From: a virus
Virus record (IMG/VR): IMGVR_UViG_3300009702_000016
Location: 100,032 to 164,031 of that record
Direction: 5' to 3' (one strand)
Length of the DNA: 64,000 nucleotides
The position numbers and the translations under genes are program-made. Shown one piece after another: positions 50,488 through 59,661 of the stretch (positions within the stretch are counted from its first letter, which is position 1; each line of letters starts with the position of its first letter). The notes under the pieces are model-generated. The model did no database searches and had not been told where the DNA came from. It saw nothing but the letters and a program-made list of their open reading frames with translations.

Positions 50488-53022
50488 ATGCCTGGTAATC
50501 CTTTCGACCCTGGAAGTAATGGGAACCTAGATAGGGAAGCGCAAGGACTTCGCAGTCTTGCGGAGTCTAGGAGACGCCTGTCCGCCTCTATTGGTGATCA
50601 GACCCGTAGCGTTCGTTCTCTTGCGGATGCACAGCGTGCAGCGGGGGAAACAGCGGCATCAAACCAGAAGCTGTATTCCTCTTCGGCAGAAGAGGCCGTC
50701 CGTCAGCTTCGAGCCCAAGGGGATGAGCTTTCCTCCTTGGATAGCACCCGTGCTAGGTTCCACGATGCTGAGATGTCGCGGGCGGAAGGATTGCTCAAGA
50801 CGTATGAGAAGATAAAGAAAACTTTGAAGGAAATAGGGGAGGATTCCGACGACACAGGCACCGTTTTGGGGTCGATGTTACAGGATGTACACCAGGGGTA
50901 TGAGTCCTTCCAGCGCTATGGGGAAGTCGCCACGGAAAATACCAGGGTCATCGGGGACCTGAACCTGTCCTTCGATGATTTAAGGGGATCAGTTGTACGG
51001 ACTGCGGTTGCCTCTGTCAACCTTGCCCATAACATGCATGAGGGTGTGTCATCCGTTAGTTCTTACGCGCATGCTGCACAGGACCTTCGTGTTGGGCTTG
51101 CTAAGGTCACTATGGACTTGGGCCTTCAGGCGGGGACCGCACAGAAAACAGCTTCCGCTCTGGTGAAGATTGCTAATATCGACATTAGCAATCCGGGTGC
51201 CGCAAAGGGGGTAGCGGACATTACGAGGCAGTTGGAGACCCTTCGTCTGCGCGGCGTAGATGTCCAGACCGCTATGGCCGCAATGGATGAGCAGTCACGT
51301 CGCACTGGGGTAAGCTACGAACAGAGTGCCAGTGACGTTTCTACGCTTACTACACAGTCTTTGCAGTTGAAGAACAGCCTTTCCTCCACCAAGAATGTTC
51401 TTCAGGGGTTCGCAGGGGTGATTCGTGACGGGTTTGTTCGCGCTGTGGCAGAAGCTACAAGGGGGCTTGATTCCCAAATTTTATCGATGAAGGACGCTGG
51501 AGCGATGTATGCTGTGCTGACACAGAAAGCAGCAGCTTACGGTCTGTCAACGAAGGGTGCGAATAAAGTCGCCACTGCATTAGGCAGAAGCTTAACTTCC
51601 GAACATAAGGATACGACTGTCGGGTTCATGGCGGGGCAGCATGAGTCGGCCCGATTAAACTCGGAGTTGAATCGAAGAGCGAAGGCGAAAGGATTCAAGA
51701 GCTTTTCTGACATCCATGACGAAAGACTAAAGAAGCAGATTTCGGAGGGTGCATTCTCCTCAATGGGAGTGTCTATAAACGCGGGAACGCAGAGCACTCG
51801 TGACCTGATCATGAGGCTTCGCAATAAGGGCGGGCTGTCCAACGTGGATATCGACAATCTACTATCCGGGACAGAGGCTGGAATAACGGGTCGAATAGGG
51901 GCGGTTCGTGAACTCGCGGGTAAGGTTAAAGACCCAGCTGTTAGACGTCGTCTTACGAATCAGATGTTGGGAACGACAGGCCTGACTACGCTTCAGCGGG
52001 ATACCATCGATACGATGGTTCAAGGAGGAAGCAAGGCGTCAGACATTGGAAAGATGATAAAGAAGTTCAAGGACGACGCGGAGAAGGCAGAGAAGGCTGC
52101 GAAGAAAAATAGGGACGAGGCAGTGGCGACGATAAACCACATGCGTCATCCTATTGACACATTGTTTGCTATCAAAGACTACCTTAAGTCCATTTTGCTT
52201 AGCACTGTGAATCTTTCTGGATACGTCGGAAAGATCATGGGATTCCTCACAGGAGAGACTCCTTCAACGGGATCCCAAGTCGATAATATGGTTAGCAGTG
52301 ACGAGGGAGTTGTTGCTTCTAACAACGCACTAGAAGCTGCAAAGAAGGCGTCAGGAGAAGCCTCTGTTGAGTATGGAAGGGTGTTGAGCAACCCAGAGTC
52401 CACTGAGGAGCAGAGGAAGAAAGCTAGGGACAAGCTCAAAAAAGCGACCGATCACCAAGCTGCAGCAATAAGCCAAGCGACTTTAGACAGAACACGAGCC
52501 ATACACGAAGCGCAGGAGGCGACAGGGGTCACAGTCAATGGGGAACCGGCCCCCGAGGGTCCGTCTATGACTCAGCGTGCTGCGCAACTAGGACAGCACG
52601 CTGAGTCAGCGATTATTCGTTCTACGCTTGGGGACCGAGCCGCCAACACGTTCGACGATCTGTCCTCCTCCCTCACGCACTTTTTTTCTGGTGGTGGTGG
52701 AAATCAAAGTGAGGAGGGCAGACAAGCAGGAGTTAACCAGTTGGCTCAGCAAAATCAAGAAGCACACGCTGCTGCCACAGGTTCCTCCACTGCTGCTACT
52801 CCAGGAACACATGCTCCAGCCAATAGCTCCGCTCAGCCTGCACTTCCTTCCACTGCTCCTGGGGAGGGAGAAGCCGAGGGCGCCGGTTTGGCTAACGTGG
52901 AAGTCGACTCTACTGGACAGGCAAGTCTAGCATTTAGGGTCAAGATCAATAACTTAGGTGACGCTGTGGCTTATCATAACAGTCAGCAAACAGGAACAAA
53001 TCGCCTAAACGGAAGCTCTTAA
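50488..53022 (+). CDS. tape measure protein
   Basis: 844 aa helical A/S/Q-rich protein directly after the chaperone pair. Confidence 0.75.
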   Translation: MPGNPFDPGSNGNLDREAQGLRSLAESRRRLSASIGDQTRSVRSLADAQRAAGETAASNQKLYSSSAEEAVRQLRAQGDELSSLDSTRARFHDAEMSRAEGLLKTYEKIKKTLKEIGEDSDDTGTVLGSMLQDVHQGYESFQRYGEVATENTRVIGDLNLSFDDLRGSVVRTAVASVNLAHNMHEGVSSVSSYAHAAQDLRVGLAKVTMDLGLQAGTAQKTASALVKIANIDISNPGAAKGVADITRQLETLRLRGVDVQTAMAAMDEQSRRTGVSYEQSASDVSTLTTQSLQLKNSLSSTKNVLQGFAGVIRDGFVRAVAEATRGLDSQILSMKDAGAMYAVLTQKAAAYGLSTKGANKVATALGRSLTSEHKDTTVGFMAGQHESARLNSELNRRAKAKGFKSFSDIHDERLKKQISEGAFSSMGVSINAGTQSTRDLIMRLRNKGGLSNVDIDNLLSGTEAGITGRIGAVRELAGKVKDPAVRRRLTNQMLGTTGLTTLQRDTIDTMVQGGSKASDIGKMIKKFKDDAEKAEKAAKKNRDEAVATINHMRHPIDTLFAIKDYLKSILLSTVNLSGYVGKIMGFLTGETPSTGSQVDNMVSSDEGVVASNNALEAAKKASGEASVEYGRVLSNPESTEEQRKKARDKLKKATDHQAAAISQATLDRTRAIHEAQEATGVTVNGEPAPEGPSMTQRAAQLGQHAESAIIRSTLGDRAANTFDDLSSSLTHFFSGGGGNQSEEGRQAGVNQLAQQNQEAHAAATGSSTAATPGTHAPANSSAQPALPSTAPGEGEAEGAGLANVEVDSTGQASLAFRVKINNLGDAVAYHNSQQTGTNRLNGSS

Positions 53023-53040
53023 CAAAGGAAAATAACGATC

Positions 53041-53268
53041 ATGTCTGCAAAACTTCTTAAGTCTCTTGCATCCGGTAAGTGCACAGTGATGAATCCCGAC
53101 ACCAGCGAAGTAATTGTCTACTGGAAGGGCGATGGTGGACATATGCAGCACTTCGTCATACAGTCCATGATGACTGTGGATCTTACACAGCATGCCACGA
53201 TTGCTCAACTTCGAAAGTCTCCAAACCTCATGTACTTGTTCAACAAGCGGCACCTCAAGGTAGTGTGA
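53041..53268 (+). CDS. hypothetical protein
   Basis: AAGGA RBS. Confidence 0.65.
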   Translation: MSAKLLKSLASGKCTVMNPDTSEVIVYWKGDGGHMQHFVIQSMMTVDLTQHATIAQLRKSPNLMYLFNKRHLKVV

Positions 53269-53736
53269 GTGACCAGTTCCTCAGGATTTGTCACCTGTTA
53301 CATAGAGGGAGTCAAGTATCCTGTCGCAACCTGCCATCGGCATCATCTTAACCCGAGACATGCGGGAGGATCGGATGCCCCAACGAATCTTGTGTGGCTG
53401 TCTGCTAATGCTCACCAGATGGTTCATAGGGCCTCACAGATGATCAAAGCGAATAGGAAGGGAGAGGCACTCGACCTAGCCTCTTCTGCCTACGCCCTTC
53501 CTATTCAGCGAAAGCGCTTTTTGGATGTGGTTCAAGAAGAGGTACGCTCCTCTATCCAGGCGAAGGAGGAGGGAACGCTGCGTAAGGAGGTAGTTGTAGA
53601 GGTTCCCATCCCTAGGGAAAGTTACAACCGACTAAAGCTTCTTATCTACGACCGAAATGCGGGAAGAAAGAGGATAAGTATCTCCGATTATGTGTCACGA
53701 GTTGTCCAGAATCACATCCGTAAGTTCTCCTCCTAG
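53269..53736 (+). CDS. HNH-motif protein with C-terminal ribbon-helix-helix-like domain
   Basis: HRHHLNPRHAGGSDAPTNLVWLSANAHQMVH; VEVPIPRESYNRLK...SISDYVSRVV. Confidence 0.65.
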   Translation: MTSSSGFVTCYIEGVKYPVATCHRHHLNPRHAGGSDAPTNLVWLSANAHQMVHRASQMIKANRKGEALDLASSAYALPIQRKRFLDVVQEEVRSSIQAKEEGTLRKEVVVEVPIPRESYNRLKLLIYDRNAGRKRISISDYVSRVVQNHIRKFSS

Positions 53737-53756
53737 TGTAGGTTATGTAGGCAATT

Positions 53757-54110
53757 ATGGAAACCGGCTTCCGACGACTAACGTTGAACATCGTTGTGGT
53801 TCAGGCAACGATTGACACTCGTCACTACGCTGCTGTGTATCTCGGTGACGACAAGAACGGGAACAACTATTTCAAGTTCTACCTCAACGGAGAGGCAGTG
53901 TCTTCCATTGTGTGGGACCGCTCGATGAAGGGCTTTAGGAACCTGCAGTGGACTCTCAACGCTAGGAATAAGGGTCTTGGTGAGAGTTTTGTATGGCCTA
54001 ATGAGGTTAGAAAGAAGCTGACTCGGAAGTTGACTGAAAATAACTTGTTCCGACTGGTCAAGATCAGTGTAAAGACTCCTGGTACGATTGACCCCCGGAA
54101 GAAGCACTAG
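53757..54110 (+). CDS. hypothetical protein
   Basis: ORF track. Confidence 0.65.
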   Translation: METGFRRLTLNIVVVQATIDTRHYAAVYLGDDKNGNNYFKFYLNGEAVSSIVWDRSMKGFRNLQWTLNARNKGLGESFVWPNEVRKKLTRKLTENNLFRLVKISVKTPGTIDPRKKH

Positions 54111-54136
54111 TTTTCCGAAGTATTAGGTGTCCGTAA

Positions 54137-54730
54137 ATGAGGATCGACTTTTCCCTAGAGGACTCTCCTTTTCGTAACTTTCTTAAGTTTTCGATGGAAG
54201 AGGTACCCTCTTATCTTGCCCCTCACCTGCATTTACTAGTGCAGAAATCCTATGATGAGACGGGAATGTCGATTCCTCCTGGTGCTTTCATCTTCTCTGC
54301 TACTCGTGGATCCTACTTCTCCTGTTATGACTATGAGTCTCCTGCTTCTTTTATCTCCCTTCTCAAAGAAGAGATAGACCTGATGTTGGCCTCTCGTTCG
54401 GTTGTTTTTAGTAGCGTAGGATCGCTTGTTGGGGGCAGGGGTGCCCGGTACTTGCTAGTGGATGTGCAGAGTTCCTGGAAACATGTACGGTTTGCCCTTG
54501 ATCTAGAGAACAAGGAGGCCATTTACCCTGCGACATCAGGTTGGAACGTTATCCTTCCTGATTCCTTGTATCCGTCTCCGGGAAATAACTTAGAAGAAGA
54601 GTCTGACTTGATCCTTGACGCAGAGCGCCAGTCTTGCATTGTCAGTGGTACGGAGATGTTCGCTCCCCTGTTCCCCCTCCTGCCCTACGTCGAGGAGAAA
54701 GTTCCCTTACGTAACCCTCAGAAACAGTAA
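54137..54730 (+). CDS. hypothetical protein
   Basis: ORF track. Confidence 0.65.
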   Translation: MRIDFSLEDSPFRNFLKFSMEEVPSYLAPHLHLLVQKSYDETGMSIPPGAFIFSATRGSYFSCYDYESPASFISLLKEEIDLMLASRSVVFSSVGSLVGGRGARYLLVDVQSSWKHVRFALDLENKEAIYPATSGWNVILPDSLYPSPGNNLEEESDLILDAERQSCIVSGTEMFAPLFPLLPYVEEKVPLRNPQKQ

Positions 54731-54733
54731 TAA

Positions 54734-54795
54734 AATCAAACACTTGCAACTGTTTTCAACAGGTGCTTGACGACGCTACAGGTCCCTGCTAGCGT
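54734..54795 (+). promoter_or_regulatory. IHF-consensus site plus sigma70-like promoter
   Basis: AATCAAACACTTG matches WATCAANNNNTTR (54734-54746); TTGACG-N17-TAGCGT (54767-54795) with TG extension. Confidence 0.5.
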
Positions 54796-54858
54796 CGGCT
54801 ACCTCCCCTTCCACTCTGTTGGGTGGAAGGTTCCTTCAACTGGTGGAGATTGTAATAA

Positions 54859-55932
54859 ATGTCACTAAGCGCTAGTATCCAACCGTACACCGAGGGGCTC
54901 TCACCGGAGAACAAAAAACAGGCTTTGCGTGCCGTTAGTTCTTTTATCCTACTAGGGGACTACAGAACGTACAGAGAACAGATAAAGTCGTTGCCCAAGC
55001 GTCACCACACCCTATTCTACAAAGATGTGATGGGGCTTCTTAAGTCCAGCTTTGAGTGCAGGAACATATGGAGAACGGTGTACTATCGACTAAAGCACCC
55101 GGACAAGAAGACTTCCGTAGTGGCGAAGAAGTTTTACGTGCCCAAAGAGAGCTTGAGGTTAGTGTGGGGATCTCTGCTGTCGGAAGACAAAGAGGCAGTG
55201 CGGGAGAAAGCACGGGGAGAAATGGATTTCGGGCTTCTCACGAAAGAAGAGATGGAAGTTATGGTCAAGTCTCTGACGCGGTATTGTGGCCGCGTTTCTT
55301 ATTTAAAGCTCAGGTTTCTGGCCGATAATGATCATGCTTATGACCTGGCTGACTTCAAGAACGAGTTACTTGCCAAGGGAATACAGACAGTGAGGGCGTA
55401 TGAGCACACCCGTGACCTGAAGATGATCGAGAATTACGCAAAGGCTTCGATTCAGAACTACGCAATAAATCTAATCCAGTACTACACGAGTGAGTCTAGA
55501 GCGTGCGTGAAGAATACGACTGAGGGGTGTGGGACATGCGTCTTCTGCCTCTCGGACATGCCTCAGCGGTGCAAGGATGCTGTGGCTTCCTACGGCCTTA
55601 CAGCAGTTAGTTTGGACTTTCCCTCCCTTTCCTCCTCGGTTCCTTCCGCCATGGATATTGAAAGCAAGGTCGGAGAGTCTCTTCTGGTGAACTACTTGAA
55701 GGAGGGGTCCCCTGATACGACAGCAAAGATTATCGATTTGGTCTTTGGCAAGGAAGTGGACGAGGACTTTGAACTCTGGCTGTTTAGCCACGAAGGAGTG
55801 ACGGTGGACTACTTGCTGAAACGCCCAAAGCGGTATGTAAAGACCCTTTGTTCGTACCTTGGGGTCTCGAACCGAGAAGTTCAGAAGGCTCTTCGCACGA
55901 AGTACCAGAACTACATTAGTAAGGCGGTTTGA
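54859..55932 (+). CDS. putative sigma-factor-like transcription protein with Cys cluster
   Basis: DLADFKNELLAKGIQTVRAYEHTRDLKMIENYAKASIQNYAINL resembles sigma70 region 2; CGTCVFC...C. Confidence 0.45.
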   Translation: MSLSASIQPYTEGLSPENKKQALRAVSSFILLGDYRTYREQIKSLPKRHHTLFYKDVMGLLKSSFECRNIWRTVYYRLKHPDKKTSVVAKKFYVPKESLRLVWGSLLSEDKEAVREKARGEMDFGLLTKEEMEVMVKSLTRYCGRVSYLKLRFLADNDHAYDLADFKNELLAKGIQTVRAYEHTRDLKMIENYAKASIQNYAINLIQYYTSESRACVKNTTEGCGTCVFCLSDMPQRCKDAVASYGLTAVSLDFPSLSSSVPSAMDIESKVGESLLVNYLKEGSPDTTAKIIDLVFGKEVDEDFELWLFSHEGVTVDYLLKRPKRYVKTLCSYLGVSNREVQKALRTKYQNYISKAV

Positions 55933-57029
55933 TGAGTATTCGATTCGTAGACAAATACCGGCCTGATAGCCTGTCCGACGTGGTGGGGCAGGATAAGGTC
56001 GTTGCTCAGTTGGAGGGAATGCTAGCTGAGAAGAAACTCAATGGAAACACTCTTCTTCTGTCCGGTCCTTACGGGGTTGGAAAGACAACCCTGGCTCGTA
56101 TCATAGCTCGTACCCTGAACTGCGATAAGGGCGGTTCCTCCCCCTGTGGGGAGTGTCGGTCTTGCAAGACAAGCGTTGATAGTCACCCCGACATTGTTGA
56201 GATCAATGCAGCTAGCACTCGTGGGATTGACGATATTCGTACTCTGATCGAGACCTCTCGTCTTCGTCCTCGCCACAAGGTTAGGGTGTTCATCATGGAC
56301 GAGTTGCACCAGCTTACTGGTCCTGCAGCCCAGGCTTTCCTCAAGGACTTAGAGGAGCCGAAGTCTCACCTTCTGTACATCCTCTGCACGACTGAGCCCT
56401 ACAGCATCCTCCCAACGATCCGCAGCCGTTCCGTGTGGCTAAAGCTTAAGTCTGTGTCATCACGGGATATTTCTCGTCTTCTCCGAAAGGTATGCAAGAG
56501 GGAGGAACTGGAGACGAGTACCGACGTCTTGAAGTACATTGCTCAGCTTTCGGATGGGCATGTTCGTGATGCACTCACTAGCTTGGACCAGATATCGTCG
56601 GCGCACTTGGCTACAGCTACTGCGTCTGAGATCCAGAAAGCTCTTCCTGAGCTTTCAGAGGGCATCCTAGGTGCTTCTCCTGCGTATTTGGTGCCTAAGT
56701 TTGTGGCGGGCCTCTTTTCAAGAGATCTCTCTCCCCTTATTCACGTTCGTAAGGTAGACAACCACGACTATTTCCTAGGAATGGTTGTCAAGTTTCTAAA
56801 GGAATACTTGATTTTTAGGATCAACCCTGACGCCGTGGACAGCAAAGATGTCATTGCGTTCAGTAAGACGCATACGGCGATAAATTCGAAAGAGTCCTTG
56901 CTGTCTTTGTTAGAGGACATGCTTCAGTTACAGGCCGAGATCAGACGCCATTTGGTGGACCCCATCGATGCGTTTGATGCGTTTATTCTCAAATCCCTCT
57001 TAGTTACACTCTCACCGAAGAGACGATAA
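55929..57029 (+). CDS. dnaX: clamp loader, DNA polymerase III gamma/tau-like
   Basis: KYRP..LSDVVGQ, GPYGVGKTT, PCGECRSC, DELHQL, TIRSRS, GHVRDA. Confidence 0.92.
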   Translation: MMSIRFVDKYRPDSLSDVVGQDKVVAQLEGMLAEKKLNGNTLLLSGPYGVGKTTLARIIARTLNCDKGGSSPCGECRSCKTSVDSHPDIVEINAASTRGIDDIRTLIETSRLRPRHKVRVFIMDELHQLTGPAAQAFLKDLEEPKSHLLYILCTTEPYSILPTIRSRSVWLKLKSVSSRDISRLLRKVCKREELETSTDVLKYIAQLSDGHVRDALTSLDQISSAHLATATASEIQKALPELSEGILGASPAYLVPKFVAGLFSRDLSPLIHVRKVDNHDYFLGMVVKFLKEYLIFRINPDAVDSKDVIAFSKTHTAINSKESLLSLLEDMLQLQAEIRRHLVDPIDAFDAFILKSLLVTLSPKRR

Positions 57030-57361
57030 TGCCCCATAACCTGCCGAATACGAATAAGGTTCATGTTCCAGTTTTAACTCCCAAGGTGGACTGCTCCTAT
57101 TGCAACGCCCCTTGCTGTAAGTTGATTGTGGAGCTTTCTCCAGAAGAGGCAGAGAAGTACGAATCTGTTCCCTGGGACTTTGGAGAGGGGGAGGCTCAGC
57201 ATGCCCTTGCGCGTCGAGACGACGGCTATTGTGTCTACTTCGTTGTTGGCAGTGGGTGCTACATCTACGATGATAAGCCTAACGTATGTAACGTGTACAC
57301 CTGTGAGAACGACTCCAGGATCACACCCTCCAACAAGTATGGCTCCTCAAGAAAGCTCTGA
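57029..57361 (+). CDS. YkgJ-like (CxxCxxxCC) Zn/Fe-S cluster protein
   Basis: CSYCNAPCC...DGYCVYF...CYIYDDKPNVCNVYTC. Confidence 0.8.
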   Translation: MPHNLPNTNKVHVPVLTPKVDCSYCNAPCCKLIVELSPEEAEKYESVPWDFGEGEAQHALARRDDGYCVYFVVGSGCYIYDDKPNVCNVYTCENDSRITPSNKYGSSRKL

Positions 57362-59658
57362 TGCACGTTGACTTCCTAAGCTTGACTTTGGACAACGCTG
57401 TGTGCTTCAAGCACGCCTATATGCCCCTGAAGGACCAGGGTCTTGTTCATATCAGGGGCGAGAACCTAGATGAGGGAGGAAGTAACGGGTCTGGAAAGAC
57501 ATCTCTTTTCGAGATGCTATTCTACCTATTCTATGATCGGCTGACAAAGTCCCCACGACAGGTCAAGAAAGACGAGCTTCTCAACGTATACCATCCTTCG
57601 AACTTTGTGCTTCACGCTGAGATTCTTAGGGAGGGTGTGCCTTACGTCGTGGAGAAGTATCGAAAGGTACCGAAGAAATACCAGAAGGTTAAGAACAAGT
57701 CGTCTGGTGTCGACCTGTGGCGTGATGGAGTTCATGTCACCAAGGACGACCCAAGAGAGGCACAGAAGGAGATTGCAGGACTTCTTGGCAGGTCTTGGAA
57801 TGAAACGAAGGGCTCTATTTACCTTGGTCAGAGGCATATACATCAGATGATTGACGGAACTCCGTCTGAGAAGAAGCTGTATATGAGCCGGTACTTTGGG
57901 TTGGACTCTTTGGACGACATGATCTCTACAGTGGATAAGAGGATCAATGCAATTCCACTGCCTGATGAGACTCATCTTAATTCCCTCCTTGAAGGTGTGC
58001 TGTCGGACCTGGAAGCGATAGGGGACCTTTCCTCCTTGGATGAGGAGTGCGAATCTCTCGTCGAAAAGAGGGACTCCCTTCAATCTAAGATGATTGATGC
58101 AAGGTCGAAGCTGTCCGCACAAGAAGAGGCAAGGGATATCCAGAAGGAACAGAAGAGGTGGAGAAAGTTTCTGTCCTCCAAGTTTGACCTGGGGTTGGAT
58201 ACGGATGAGATCAAGGAGGCACTAGAGGAAAGACGGTCCCTTATTTCCTCCTTGTCCGAAGACCTTCGTTCAGTTCAATCCCGGACAACTATTCTTGGGG
58301 AGATTGAGGACTTGGGTGGGGTTCTAGACGATGACCCTAGTGCTCGCCTTGAGTTGTTGGGGGATTCCCTTCGTGACCTATAGCGCTTGCTTCCCTCTCT
58401 AGAGAAGAGAAAGCGATTGGAAAAGAAGTTGTCTCGCACAGAAGAAGACGACTTACCCACTAAAAAGTTAGAATCACGAAAAGAGAAGTGGGAGAATCGT
58501 CTCTCGGAGAACTCACCAGAGCTTTCTGTGCTGTCTTCTGAGTTGTCCAGGCTATACAAGGTGGGTGACTCCTGTTACGCCTGTCTGCGCCCAATCTCGC
58601 CCCAGGAAAAGGAAGAGATGATTGCAGAGAGGGAGAAGGCGAAGGAGTCCTTAGAGAAAGTGTGCGAGAACGCTAAGTCTGCCATGAACTCCTATACCGA
58701 ACGTCTAGAAGTTGCTGAGGAGAGGACTGCCCTGCTGCTGGAGTTGGACGACTTGCCTGAGGGGGATGCTGACGAGGTGTCTACCCAACTAGAAGAGGTT
58801 CGAAAGGAGCATCGTAAGCTCAAGTCTCTACAGTCAAAGTTTGTTCGTCTCAGTGTTCTTAACGGTAAGCTTTCTGACCTACCTGAGTGTGAGAAGTCCG
58901 AGGAGGCACTAGCTTCTGAGTTGCAGGAGGCAACTGACGAGAAAGACTTGCTGGATGACGCCTACCAGTGGATTCTTCAGTGTGGATCTGTGACTTTCGA
59001 TGTCTACGCCTATAAGCGGTTACTGAGCGCGATTGAGACCTATGACAGTAGGCTAAGTGCTACGAATGAGCGTCTCTTCTCACTTCAAGAGACACGGGCT
59101 CAGGCAAAGACACTTCAGAAGCAAGAGCAGGAGATCACCAAAAAGTTGAACACTGCTTCACGGGAAAAGACAAAGTCTCAGGCATTGAGCTACGTTCAGA
59201 TTACGCTGAAGGAGCTTAAGAAGATGGGTCTTCGGGAGTCGACCAAGCTACTGACGAGTGTTCTTCCTATCTACTTGGAGCAGTTATTTCCCAAGGGAGA
59301 TATCGAGCTGGCTCCCACTGACAACTCGGATGGGTTCGACCTTGTTTTCAACAAAGGTGGAAAGAATCTACCCTTGACGCTTATCAGTGGCGGCCAAGCA
59401 AAGAGGGTAGGACTCGCCATTGTTTTTGCTTTTGCGAAGATGGGCCGCAATACCTCGAACCTTCTCATTTGTGACGAGCCTTTTCGGGATCTAGATAAGA
59501 ACGGGAGAGAGGCATGCTTCGAGGTTCTTCGTGACTTTGACATGGGTACGATTCTGGTTACTTCGCACGACCAAGACATGAACGCTTCAAAGAAGTACGA
59601 TCAGGTGTGGACTGTGCAAATGAAGAATCATGTCAGTACTCTTTACTTGGATGGTTGA
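57361..59658 (+). CDS. sbcC: SbcC/Rad50/gp46-like recombination ATPase, interrupted by in-frame TAG at 58381-58383
   Basis: Walker A GSNGSGKTS in first ORF; hook CYAC, ISGGQ, LLICDEPF, VTSH in second, same frame. Confidence 0.85.
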
Positions 59659-59661
59659 CAC

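Noticed and set aside
41246-53022. Bacterial tailocin / extracellular contractile injection system
   Set aside because: Embedded among phage-type replication genes in a single-strand, host-gene-free context; a large myovirus fits better
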